From Alphaproteobacteria bacterium (GTDB lineage Bacteria > Pseudomonadota > Alphaproteobacteria > UBA828), in assembly GCA_963667785.2 (NCBI GenBank), contig CAXXMU010000006.1, positions 544,001 to 608,000 of the forward strand: a DNA stretch of 64,000 bases, in the 5' to 3' direction. The position numbers were made by a program, and so were the translations under genes. Positions 50,944-59,978 of the stretch are shown here, in pieces. How positions within the stretch are numbered: the stretch's first letter is position 1; the number at the start of each line of letters is the position of its first letter. The notes under the pieces are model-generated. The model searched no databases. It was not told where the DNA came from and was given only the letters and a program-made list of their open reading frames with translations.

Positions 50944-51798
50944 CTACCCCGCGGCGGTCATGACGAAGTCATGATCGAGGCGCAGCCCGTCCGCCGTCGA
51001 TTCGTAGTGGACGACCAGCGACTCCTTGACGCCGAAGACGGCGTCGGTGCCGAGATAGGGGTCGTCGTCGGTGAAGAGCTGCGTCACCAGGGTCTCGTAG
51101 CCCGCCGCCGAGAGCTTGAAGTGGATATGGGCGGGTCGCCAATTGTGACGGCCGGCGGCGTCCAGCATCGCGCCCACCGGGCCGTCGCCGGGGATGGTGT
51201 AGCTCACCGGCTTGCGCGTGTGGAACCAGTAGCGCCCGTCCGCCTCGGTTCTGACACGGCCGCACAGGTTGAACGACCCGGCCGGATCCTGGGCGGCATA
51301 GACGGCATCGGGCGCGGTCTGCCAGATGTCGAGCTCGGCACCCTCGATCGGCCTGCCGTCGATATCGGTCACCCTGCCCGAGACGAGCACGCGCTCGCCG
51401 CCGGTGCCGCCCTCCGCAAGGTCCGCGCCGTTGTCGTAGACAGGCGCGCCCTCCTGATAGAACGGCCCGAGCACGCTGCTCTCGGTCGCGCCGGCGGGTT
51501 TCCGGTTGTTGATCGCATCGATCAGCATCGTGGCGCCCAGCGTGTCCGAGAGCAGGATGAACTCCTGCCGCCGCTCGTCGCATTTCTGACCGGTCTCGGT
51601 GAGGAAGCGAATGGCGGCCAGCCATTCCGCTTCGGTCGGCTCGACCTCGCGGATGAAGCCGTGCAGGTGCCGGGTGAGGCTGAGCAGGATGTCCCGCGTC
51701 CGCCCCTCGGCGCTCTCCTCGACGCGCCCGATTGCGGCCTGCGTGATCTCGTCTTCGGCGCTTGCCGCCCGTGTCTCGGCGCGTGCCGTCTCGGCCAT
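50944..51798 (-). CDS. Intradiol ring-cleavage dioxygenase (hydroxyquinol/catechol 1,2-dioxygenase-like)
   Basis: RQEFILLSD, GPFY, DIWQ, Y.IP.DGPVG and WRPAHIHF motifs. Confidence 0.92.
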   Translation of the reverse strand: MAETARAETRAASAEDEITQAAIGRVEESAEGRTRDILLSLTRHLHGFIREVEPTEAEWLAAIRFLTETGQKCDERRQEFILLSDTLGATMLIDAINNRKPAGATESSVLGPFYQEGAPVYDNGADLAEGGTGGERVLVSGRVTDIDGRPIEGAELDIWQTAPDAVYAAQDPAGSFNLCGRVRTEADGRYWFHTRKPVSYTIPGDGPVGAMLDAAGRHNWRPAHIHFKLSAAGYETLVTQLFTDDDPYLGTDAVFGVKESLVVHYESTADGLRLDHDFVMTAAG

Positions 51799-51898
51799 GG
51801 CGGATCACTCCCTCGTCGTGCGCCCGCTCCGTGCGGGCCGCCGATGCCGGCGGCGGGCGCCCGCCGCGGGCCGGAGTGCCGCCGCGCCAGCGGGCTTG

Positions 51899-53008
51899 CT
51901 AGTTTCCGACCCGGCGTCCCGAGACGGGGTCGAAGAACAGCAGGGTCTCCGTATCGAGGTGCACCTCGACACGGTCGCCGTCGTCGAACTCCTGCACGCC
52001 GGCCACTGTGAGCGCCAGATTGATCCCCGAGAGATCGATGCCGACGGTGGTATGCATGCCGAGCGGCTCAAGGTCGTTGACGACGCCGGTGCGGTGCGTC
52101 TCTTCCGAGGTCGAGGCCACGATCCTGACATGCTCGGGGCGGAGCCCCACCTCGACCTCGCTCATGTGCGCCGGCAGCCCGTGCTCCATGCGCTCAGGCA
52201 AGGGCAGGTTCATCGAGCCGATGGTGAGCACGGCCTGGCCGTTCTCGCGCGCGAGACGACCGGCGACGATGTTGATCTTGGGATTGCCGACGAAGCGGGC
52301 CACGTCGCGATCCGCCGGCTCGTCGTAGAGCTCCTGCGCCTTGGCAATCTGCCGCACCTCGCCCTCCAGCAGAACGCAGACGGTGTCCGCGAGCGCGAGC
52401 GCCTCGGTGTAATCCGGGGTCGCGAAGACGAAGGTGCGGCCGAGGTCGCGTTGCAGGCGCTTCAGCTCGGTCCTGAGCTCGATGCGGAGCATGAAGTCGA
52501 GGCTCGAGAGCGGCTCGTCGAGGAGGTAGAAGCGCGGCTCCCGCACCATGGCGCGGCCGAGGGCGACGCGCTGCCGCTCGCCGCCGCTGAAGGTCGCGGG
52601 CAGACGGTCCAGGATGTGCCCGATCTTGAGCAGCCCCGCAATTTCGTCGACCCGCTTGGCGATGTCGGCCCTCGGCATCCTGGCGAGCCGGAGCGGCGAG
52701 GCGACGTTCTCGTACCCCGTCTTGTTGGGGTAGAGCGCAAGATTGTCGAAGATCATCGCGATGTCGCGGCGGTTGGGCTGCAGCTTGGTGAAGTTCTGGC
52801 CCTCGACCCAGACCTCGCCCGAGGTCGGCGCCTCGAGCCCGGCGATGATCCTCAGCGTGGTCGTCTTGCCCGCCCCGGCGGGGCCGAGCAGCACGATCAG
52901 CGAGCCGCGCGGGACGTCCAGGCTCAACTCCTTCAGCGCCTGGACAGAGCCGAAGTTCTTCGAGACGGAGCGGAGCTCCAGGAGGGGGTCGGCCATGGTC
53001 CGGCTCAC
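51899..53008 (-). CDS. CUT1 ABC ATP-binding subunit (Q-loop and H-loop degenerate)
   Basis: GPAGAGKT, FSGGE, LLDEP; IFDN in place of VFQ and ATPD in place of VTHD. Confidence 0.9.
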   Translation of the reverse strand: MSRTMADPLLELRSVSKNFGSVQALKELSLDVPRGSLIVLLGPAGAGKTTTLRIIAGLEAPTSGEVWVEGQNFTKLQPNRRDIAMIFDNLALYPNKTGYENVASPLRLARMPRADIAKRVDEIAGLLKIGHILDRLPATFSGGERQRVALGRAMVREPRFYLLDEPLSSLDFMLRIELRTELKRLQRDLGRTFVFATPDYTEALALADTVCVLLEGEVRQIAKAQELYDEPADRDVARFVGNPKINIVAGRLARENGQAVLTIGSMNLPLPERMEHGLPAHMSEVEVGLRPEHVRIVASTSEETHRTGVVNDLEPLGMHTTVGIDLSGINLALTVAGVQEFDDGDRVEVHLDTETLLFFDPVSGRRVGN

Positions 53009-54096
53009 GCCTTAAGTCGGACGCCCGAGGCGGCGTCGAACAGGGCAAGCAATTCCGCATCGGGCCGGATGGTGATCTCGCCGCCCTCCTGCGCCTGCGT
53101 GCCGGTTTCCACGATCAGCTTCATGTTGGTCTCGCCGATCCGTGCCGTGAGCACGGTCTCGGGGCCCTGCGGCTCGACCGCGATGACCGAGGCGGTGAAG
53201 GCGGCCGGATCGCCCGCCTCGGCTACGACCATGGTCTCGGGCCGCATGCCGACGATCACCTCGGCGCCATCGCTGAGCCCGGCCGCGCTCGCCTCCGGCA
53301 CGGGGATGGCCGAGCCGTTCTGGGCCACGACCGGACGGCCGCCGTCGCGACCGAACTTGCCCTGCACGAAGTTCATCGGCGGGTTGCCGAGGAAGCTGCC
53401 GACGAAGGTGTTGTCCGGATAGTGATAGACGTTGTGCGCGGTGTCGTACTGCTTGAGCTGGCCGAAGTCCATGACCGCGATCCGGTGCGCCAGCGAGAGC
53501 GCCTCGATCTGGTCGTGGGTCACGTAGATGATGGTCTGGCCGGTCTCGGCCTGGATGCGCCGGAGCTCGCGGCGCATCTGGTTGCGCATCTCCGCTTCGA
53601 GATTGCTGAGCGGCTCGTCGAGCAGCAGGATCTCGGGATTGGTCACCAGCGTCCGCCCGATCGCAACCCGCTGCAACTCGGATGCGCCGAGCTCGAGCGG
53701 CCTGCTCTCGAGCTGATGTTCTAGATGGAGAAAGGCAGAGACCTTCGCGACCTCCCGGTCGATTTCCGCACGGTCCATGCCGCGCACGCGGAGCCCGTAC
53801 TCCAGGTTGCGCCGGACGTTCATGTGGGTGAAGACGGCATAGTCCTGGAACACCAGACCGACGTTGCGCTGGCCGGGAGGCACGTCCAGCACGGATTGCC
53901 CGTCGATCAGGATGTCGCCGGACGTGGGCTGCTCCAGGCCCACGATCATGTTCAGCGTGGTCGACTTGCCGCAGCCGGACGGCCCCAGCAGCGCCATGGT
54001 CTCGCCTTCCTCGCAGGCGAGAGACATGTCGTCGACGGCGATGAGTTCGCCGAATTCCTTGCGGAGCTCGACCAGCTCCAGCTTGATGTTTGCCAT
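53005..54096 (-). CDS. CUT1 ABC ATP-binding subunit (signature degenerate)
   Basis: GPSGCGKS, VFQ, LLDEP, VTHDQ; LGASE in place of LSGGQ. Confidence 0.9.
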   Translation of the reverse strand: MANIKLELVELRKEFGELIAVDDMSLACEEGETMALLGPSGCGKSTTLNMIVGLEQPTSGDILIDGQSVLDVPPGQRNVGLVFQDYAVFTHMNVRRNLEYGLRVRGMDRAEIDREVAKVSAFLHLEHQLESRPLELGASELQRVAIGRTLVTNPEILLLDEPLSNLEAEMRNQMRRELRRIQAETGQTIIYVTHDQIEALSLAHRIAVMDFGQLKQYDTAHNVYHYPDNTFVGSFLGNPPMNFVQGKFGRDGGRPVVAQNGSAIPVPEASAAGLSDGAEVIVGMRPETMVVAEAGDPAAFTASVIAVEPQGPETVLTARIGETNMKLIVETGTQAQEGGEITIRPDAELLALFDAASGVRLKA

Positions 54097-54103
54097 CGCG
54101 CTT

Positions 54104-55051
54104 CTAACGCTTGATCGCGCCGAGGGTGAGGCCGCGCACCAGGTGCCGCTGGATGAAGAAGCCGACGATCACCAGCGGAACGATGGAGACGCAGGCGAGC
54201 GCCGCCTGAATGCCGTACTGCTGGCCCGAGGTGGCGCTGAAGTACTTCGACAGCTTGACCGGAATGGTCTCGACGTTGGTGTAGGTCAGCACCAGCGCGA
54301 ACAGGAACTCGCTCCAGTTGAGGATGAAGATGAAGAGCGCGGTCGCGATCAGCCCGCCCTTGATGAGCGGCACGGTGACCCTGAGGTGCGCCCCCCATCG
54401 CGACATCCCGTCCATCATCGCCGCCTCCTCGATCTCCTGAGGCAACTCGTCGATGAAGCTCTTCAACATCCAGGTGGAGAACGGAACGGTGACCGCCGCG
54501 TAGGCCAGGATCAGGCCCCAGTAGGTGTCGCTCGCCTCGATCCCCGGCGCGCTGAACATCACGACGAACGGGATGGCGATCGCAATGGGCGGGAACATTC
54601 GCCCCGATAATATGAAGAAGGGTGTGACGTTGCCGCCGAATCGGTATCGCGCGATGGCGACTGCGGCCATGAAGCCGACCACAATGGACAGTATGGTCGA
54701 GAACACCGAGACGATGACCGAGCCCCAGATGGACTGCCACGCCGACTTGGTCAGGAAGTCGGCGACCGCGCCGCTCACCGCGTCGGATTGGGTCGCACGC
54801 TGCTCTGTGACCTCGCCTTCCTCCGTGTACTGGCCGAGACCGCCACGCTTCTCCAGCAGGACGGACGGCCAGAGAATCACGAGATAGTTGGTGACGGTGC
54901 CGTTCTCCGAGACCCAGACCGGCGGCGTGGTGACCCACTCGTTGGACGGCTTGAAGGAGGTGGAGACCATCCAGAACAGCGGGAACACCGCGAAGAGGAG
55001 CCCGAAGGCGAGCCCCACCGCGCTGCCGGGACCGAACTTCCGCCCGTTCAT
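54104..55051 (-). CDS. Carbohydrate ABC permease (MalG-like)
   Basis: EIEEAAMMDG (EAA motif), FILNWSEF and LVRGLTLGAIK. Confidence 0.9.
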   Translation of the reverse strand: MNGRKFGPGSAVGLAFGLLFAVFPLFWMVSTSFKPSNEWVTTPPVWVSENGTVTNYLVILWPSVLLEKRGGLGQYTEEGEVTEQRATQSDAVSGAVADFLTKSAWQSIWGSVIVSVFSTILSIVVGFMAAVAIARYRFGGNVTPFFILSGRMFPPIAIAIPFVVMFSAPGIEASDTYWGLILAYAAVTVPFSTWMLKSFIDELPQEIEEAAMMDGMSRWGAHLRVTVPLIKGGLIATALFIFILNWSEFLFALVLTYTNVETIPVKLSKYFSATSGQQYGIQAALACVSIVPLVIVGFFIQRHLVRGLTLGAIKR

Positions 55052-56038
55052 TTAGCGCTTCTCCAGCAACTGGTAGCGGATCGGCCGCAGCATCATGTTG
55101 ATCATCACCACCGTGATGACCAGCACGATGAAGCCCGCGGACCCCGCATAGGCCAGACGGAAGTCCTGGAAACCGAGCTTGTAGAGGTAGAGGCTCATGG
55201 TCTCGGTCGCCGTGCCGGGCCCGCCGCGCGTGAGGATGTAGATCTCGTCGAAGAGCTTGATGACCTCCATCCCGCGGATCACGAAGGCGATGATGATGAC
55301 GCCCCGCATGTTGGGCATGATGACGGTCCAGAAGATCCGCCAGTTGCTGGCGCCGAGCACCGTCGCCGCCCGCACCGGGTTCTCCGGCACCGCATTCAGC
55401 CCCGAGAGGAGGATCAGGAAGAAGAGCGGCGTCCAGTGCCAGACCTCGGTGATGACCACGGCGAAGAAGGCCAGCACGCCGTTGTTGAGCCACTGCAGGT
55501 CGGCTCCGGTGGCGCTGCCGCTGAACCAGCCGAGCACCTGATTGATCGGCCCGGTGTACTGGAACAGCATGAACCAGGTGTAGCCGACGACGACCGGCAT
55601 GATCATCATCGGGGTCAGCAGCGCAGTGAACCAGATGCGCTTGCCCCAGAACGTCTTCAGGAAGATCGTCGCGAGCCCGAGCCCGATGACGAACTCGAGG
55701 CAGAGGCTGAGCACCGATATGGCGAGCGTGCGGCCCAGCGCCTCGAGGAAGCGCGGCTCGTCCGTCACCAGGTAATAGTAATTAAGGCCAAGTTCCGTAT
55801 CGCCGGAGAATACCGTCCCCACGGCCTCCCAGATGGATGTTCCGTAGGTCGGCTGCCATTCGGTCAGCGCGACGAAGAACTCCAGGCCGAAGGGGAAGAT
55901 CAACATCATGATGAGAAGAAGCTGAACGGGCGTGATGAAGAGCGCGCCGATGTAGCGCTTGTCGTTGGGCTCGAAGAAGCGTGCCCGCATCTGCATGGCA
56001 GGTGCGGGCACGCCCCCGTTCGCGGTCTTCGTAACCAC
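55052..56038 (-). CDS. Carbohydrate ABC permease (MalF-like)
   Basis: EVWHWTP and LTRGGPGTATE motifs. Confidence 0.9.
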   Translation of the reverse strand: MVTKTANGGVPAPAMQMRARFFEPNDKRYIGALFITPVQLLLIMMLIFPFGLEFFVALTEWQPTYGTSIWEAVGTVFSGDTELGLNYYYLVTDEPRFLEALGRTLAISVLSLCLEFVIGLGLATIFLKTFWGKRIWFTALLTPMMIMPVVVGYTWFMLFQYTGPINQVLGWFSGSATGADLQWLNNGVLAFFAVVITEVWHWTPLFFLILLSGLNAVPENPVRAATVLGASNWRIFWTVIMPNMRGVIIIAFVIRGMEVIKLFDEIYILTRGGPGTATETMSLYLYKLGFQDFRLAYAGSAGFIVLVITVVMINMMLRPIRYQLLEKR

Positions 56039-56073
56039 GGTACTGGTAGTCCGGTTGTGCAGCTACCGCCGGA

Positions 56074-57687
56074 CTACAGGGTCCAGTTCTCGACGCCCAC
56101 GAGCTTCTGCAGCGGCTCCGGATACATCCTGGCGAGGCCGTGCCAGCTCTCCTTCTGCTCGGCCTTGCCCAGGCGCCGCGTGATGCGGTCCTGCTCCTTG
56201 GCCGCGTCCTCCATCGCCTCTTCCGGCGACTTGTTGCCGTTGTAGGCGGCGGTCAGGTTGACGTCGAGCGCGTTGAGGTACTCGGCGGCGCCGCGCAGCT
56301 GAATCTCCGGCACGGCGTCGACGATCGCCTCGGCGTGGGTCGCCAGGAAATCGCCCGGATAGGACGCGAAGAACTCCGCCGACGGGGCGAAGAAGTGGTT
56401 GTCCCGCCACGGGTCGAAGTAGCCGCCCTCGTTCGGAATCGAGCGCATCGACATGGTCGGCCCCGTGATCCACTGCGAGAAGCAGTAAGCGGCTTCCTGG
56501 ATCGGCGAGTAGTTGCTCACCACGAAGTCCCAGGCGAAGGCGTGGATGCACGAACGGATGAGCTCGCCGTTGTGCATGGTGCCCGGCACCTTGGAGACGG
56601 CAGTCTGGTTGGGCTCGCCATTCTCGTCCTTGCCGGCGATGACCGACTGCGAGCCCGCAGCGTCGTTGCTGTAGCGCCAGAGCGACGGCCAGCCGAACTC
56701 GCAGAAGCCACGGCCCTGCGCGTAGTACTGCGCGTAGTTCTCGGTGAAGCCGTAGGTGAACTGCTCGGCCGGCATGTAGTCCTGCAGCGCGATCAACTCC
56801 TTCAACGTCTCGACGCTCTCCGGCGTGCCCGCCAGCGAGTTCATATCCTCGTCGAAGTAGAAGTGACCCTTCGACTGCACCCGCGTCATCCAGTGGAACT
56901 TGTTCCAGAACGGCGAGCGATACTCGAGGGCGCCGTAGAAGTTGTTGTCCGGATCGTGCATCGTGGCGCACAGTTCGTCGTACTCGGTCCAGGTATGGAC
57001 CATCTCGCGCTTCGACTTCCGCGCCAGACCCTTCTCTGCGAGCTTGTCCATGCGGTAGCTGAGGTGCCACCAGTCGCCGTCACAGTAGAGCCCGTAGGTC
57101 TTGCCCTTGTACTTCTGCCCGAAGTCGGACACCGGGAACTGAAGCTGGTTGGGACCCGAGTAGACCTCGGGATCGTACTTGTCCATGAGGTCGTCGAGCG
57201 GCCGCGCCACGCCCGATTCGGCGAGGTCCGCGAGGCTCAGCGGCGCCGGGATCATGATGTCGTAGCGGCCGGTCTTGGCCACCGCTTCCTGCATCGCCTT
57301 CTGGTGGGTCTCGGTGACCGGCACTTCGATCAGCTCGAGATCGAAGCCGGTGAGCCCCTTCCACTCCTCGACGAAGGGCGACAGGTTACCGCCCGAACCG
57401 GACGGATACATGATGCTGATGGTCTTCTTCTCGGCGCTGTCGTAGAGCGCCTTGGCGCCGTTGATGGCCCGCTCTTCCGGCGTCGCGCCTTCGGCGGCCC
57501 AGGCCTGCCTGACACTGAAGGGCGCCTGGTTCATGAGCATCTTGATGGCGCCGGCACCGAGCCCGAGGCCCGCCATGCCCTTGATCAGGTCACGCCGCGA
57601 GATCTTGTAGTTCTTGCGGTCCGCGTGCATCGACCAGAGCCGATACAGCTCCTTCGTAAACTGCTGCTTCTTGTCGGTATGCGACAT
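56074..57687 (-). CDS. Large extracellular solute-binding protein (family 1) with Tat signal
   Basis: ISRRDLIKG...AWA; GGAGG RBS before ATG 57687; heads the ABC operon. Confidence 0.85.
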   Translation of the reverse strand: MSHTDKKQQFTKELYRLWSMHADRKNYKISRRDLIKGMAGLGLGAGAIKMLMNQAPFSVRQAWAAEGATPEERAINGAKALYDSAEKKTISIMYPSGSGGNLSPFVEEWKGLTGFDLELIEVPVTETHQKAMQEAVAKTGRYDIMIPAPLSLADLAESGVARPLDDLMDKYDPEVYSGPNQLQFPVSDFGQKYKGKTYGLYCDGDWWHLSYRMDKLAEKGLARKSKREMVHTWTEYDELCATMHDPDNNFYGALEYRSPFWNKFHWMTRVQSKGHFYFDEDMNSLAGTPESVETLKELIALQDYMPAEQFTYGFTENYAQYYAQGRGFCEFGWPSLWRYSNDAAGSQSVIAGKDENGEPNQTAVSKVPGTMHNGELIRSCIHAFAWDFVVSNYSPIQEAAYCFSQWITGPTMSMRSIPNEGGYFDPWRDNHFFAPSAEFFASYPGDFLATHAEAIVDAVPEIQLRGAAEYLNALDVNLTAAYNGNKSPEEAMEDAAKEQDRITRRLGKAEQKESWHGLARMYPEPLQKLVGVENWTL

Positions 57688-57801
57688 GCGCAACCTCCCT
57701 CTCGCACCGGGCCGCGACAGCCGGGCCGGTTCTCAGTCGTTTGTCCAAGGTTGATACGCCGCGCGGGCGCGGCGCTTCATGACACTCCCTTTGCGGCGCG
57801 C

Positions 57802-57830
57802 ACCATAACCATGGCGCGCCTGTCATGCAA
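57802..57830 (-). promoter_or_regulatory. Putative sigma70 promoter of the ABC-dioxygenase operon
   Basis: Minus strand TTGCAT-17 bp-TATGGT. Confidence 0.5.
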
Positions 57831-57915
57831 ATGGAATTAGAATGGCCTCACCCACCCGCGGCATGGCCGCGGAATCGGGGGCCGAGATGGCACGAAGCGG
57901 AGGCTAGGGCAGGCG

Positions 57916-58488
57916 ATGCGGTGGATCAGGGAATACAGTTTGGAGAAGCCCGCGCTCTGCGACGAGCTGATCAAGGGCTTCAAGCGGACGCGCCGGCTCG
58001 GCCTCACCCGCGCGGGAACGAGCGCCAAGGGTGTCGACAAGGCGTGGAAGGATTCCGAGGACGCGAGCCTCACCTGCTTCCCTTACGAGGTCTATGCCAA
58101 GTCCGTGCGCGCCTATCGCGGCCATGTCATGGCCTGCCTTGGCGACTATCTCAAGGCGTTCCCGGTGCTTGGCGAGGCTTCGGACAAGCTCGGCTTCCTG
58201 GAACCGCCGCAGATGCAGTACTACAAGCCCGGCGGCGCCTTCCACGGCGCCCACTACGAGAGCAGCGGCCTCGACCTCGCCCATCGCGTGCTCGCCTTCC
58301 AGACCTTCCTCAATAACATCGCGGAAGGCGGCGGCACCTACTTCACGTTCCAGGACCACCTCGTCGCCCCGGCCAAGGGCAAGACGGTGATCTGGCCGGC
58401 GGGCTTCACCCACACGCACAAGGGCGAGGTCGCGCCGCGCGAGGAGAAGTACATCATCACCGGCTGGATCAGCTTCATGGGCGTCTAG
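57916..58488 (+). CDS. 2OG-Fe(II) oxygenase (prolyl-hydroxylase-like)
   Basis: QYYKPGG, HxE (HYE), EGGGTYF, WPAGFTHTHKG and KYIITGW motifs. Confidence 0.85.
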   Translation: MRWIREYSLEKPALCDELIKGFKRTRRLGLTRAGTSAKGVDKAWKDSEDASLTCFPYEVYAKSVRAYRGHVMACLGDYLKAFPVLGEASDKLGFLEPPQMQYYKPGGAFHGAHYESSGLDLAHRVLAFQTFLNNIAEGGGTYFTFQDHLVAPAKGKTVIWPAGFTHTHKGEVAPREEKYIITGWISFMGV

Positions 58489-58626
58489 CCGCGAATTCCC
58501 GCCGGTCTCACAGTCTGCGCGCCGCCCGCGGCGGCGCGGCAGATTGGCCCTGTGACCCGCTCAACCTTTTCGGGTAAAAGAAGGCCCCCACGTCGCTGCC
58601 CCGCCAACAGGAGGAACCCCTCGCAG

Positions 58627-59499
58627 ATGACCAGCCTACGATACGAGGCGCCCGAGACGGTGGAAGACGCGGTGCGCCTGCTGGCCAATGCCGACGGCGA
58701 GGCCAGGCCGCTCGCCGGCGGCACGGACCTTCTCGTCCAGTTGCGCACGGACATGGTGCGGCCGGGCCTGATCGTCGACCTGAAGCGAATCCCGGCGCTC
58801 ATGGAGGTCGCGGCAAACGGGGCGGAGATCCGTGTCGGCGCGGCGGTCTCAGGCGCTGCACTCGGCAAGAGCGATGCCGTGAAGGCGGCGTGGCCGGGCG
58901 TGGTGGAGGCGCTCGAGCTGATCGGCTCGACCCAGATCCAGGGGCGTGCCTCGCTCGGCGGCAATCTCTGCAACGGCTCGCCCGCCGCCGACAGCGTGCC
59001 CGCGCTGATCGCCGCGGGGGCCGTGTGCGAGATCGCGGGCCCCGGCAGCACCCGCTCGCTGCCGGTGGAGGACGTGGTGACGGGCCCGGGTCAGCTTTCC
59101 CTCGGCCCCGGCGAGATCGTCGTATCGTTCGTCATGCCCAAGCCGCCGGCCCGCTCGGGCGACGCCTACCTGCGCTTCATCCCGCGCACCGAGATGGACA
59201 TCGCCGTGGTCGGCGCCGGCGTCGCGCTCACGCTCGACGAGGCGGGCGTCTGTACCCACGCGAGGCTGGGGCTCGGTGCGGTCGCGCCCCGGCCGCTGCT
59301 GGTGGAGGCGGGCGCCGAGGCGTTGATCGGCACGCGGGTGGACGACGACGCGCTCGCCAACCTTGCGGCGGCCGCGAGCGCCGCCTGCGATCCCATCGAC
59401 GACAAGCGCGGGACGATCGAATACCGGGTCAAGGTGGCGGGGGTGCTGGCCAGGCGGGCCGCGCTCATCGCCCTGGAGCGTGCGAGGAGCAACGGCTGA
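58627..59499 (+). CDS. Xanthine dehydrogenase-family FAD subunit (CoxM-like)
   Basis: LAGGTDL, ASLGGNLCNGSPAAD and PIDDKRGT.EYR motifs. Confidence 0.92.
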   Translation: MTSLRYEAPETVEDAVRLLANADGEARPLAGGTDLLVQLRTDMVRPGLIVDLKRIPALMEVAANGAEIRVGAAVSGAALGKSDAVKAAWPGVVEALELIGSTQIQGRASLGGNLCNGSPAADSVPALIAAGAVCEIAGPGSTRSLPVEDVVTGPGQLSLGPGEIVVSFVMPKPPARSGDAYLRFIPRTEMDIAVVGAGVALTLDEAGVCTHARLGLGAVAPRPLLVEAGAEALIGTRVDDDALANLAAAASAACDPIDDKRGTIEYRVKVAGVLARRAALIALERARSNG

Positions 59500-59975
59500 T
59501 GGCGAAGTATCACGTGACCACCAGCGTCAACGGCGAGCCGACGGAGTTCCTCTGCTCGGCCGAGCAGACGCTCCTCGACGTGCTCCGCGACGAGCTGGAG
59601 CTCACCGGCACCAAGGAGGGCTGCGCCACCGGCGACTGCGGTGCCTGCAGCGTGACCGTGGACGGCACCCTCGTCTGCGCCTGCCTGATGCTCGGCACTG
59701 AGGCCGAGGGCCGCGAGATCGGCACCATCGAGGGCCTGGCCGAAGGCGACACGCTGCACCCGCTGCAGCAGCAGTTCCTCGAGGATGCGGCGCTGCAGTG
59801 CGGCATCTGCACGCCGGGCTTCCTGGTCGCCGCCAAGGCGCTTCTGGACGAGAATCCGGACCCGACCGAGACCGAAGCGCGCTACTGGCTGGCTGGCAAC
59901 CTCTGCCGCTGCACCGGCTACGACAAGATCATCCGCGCCGTGATGACGACGGCAGCCGAGCTGAGAGGAGAATAG
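59499..59975 (+). CDS. Xanthine dehydrogenase-family 2Fe-2S subunit (CoxS-like)
   Basis: GCATGDCGAC, QCGIC and NLCRCTGY motifs. Confidence 0.94.
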   Translation: MAKYHVTTSVNGEPTEFLCSAEQTLLDVLRDELELTGTKEGCATGDCGACSVTVDGTLVCACLMLGTEAEGREIGTIEGLAEGDTLHPLQQQFLEDAALQCGICTPGFLVAAKALLDENPDPTETEARYWLAGNLCRCTGYDKIIRAVMTTAAELRGE

Positions 59976-59978
59976 TCG

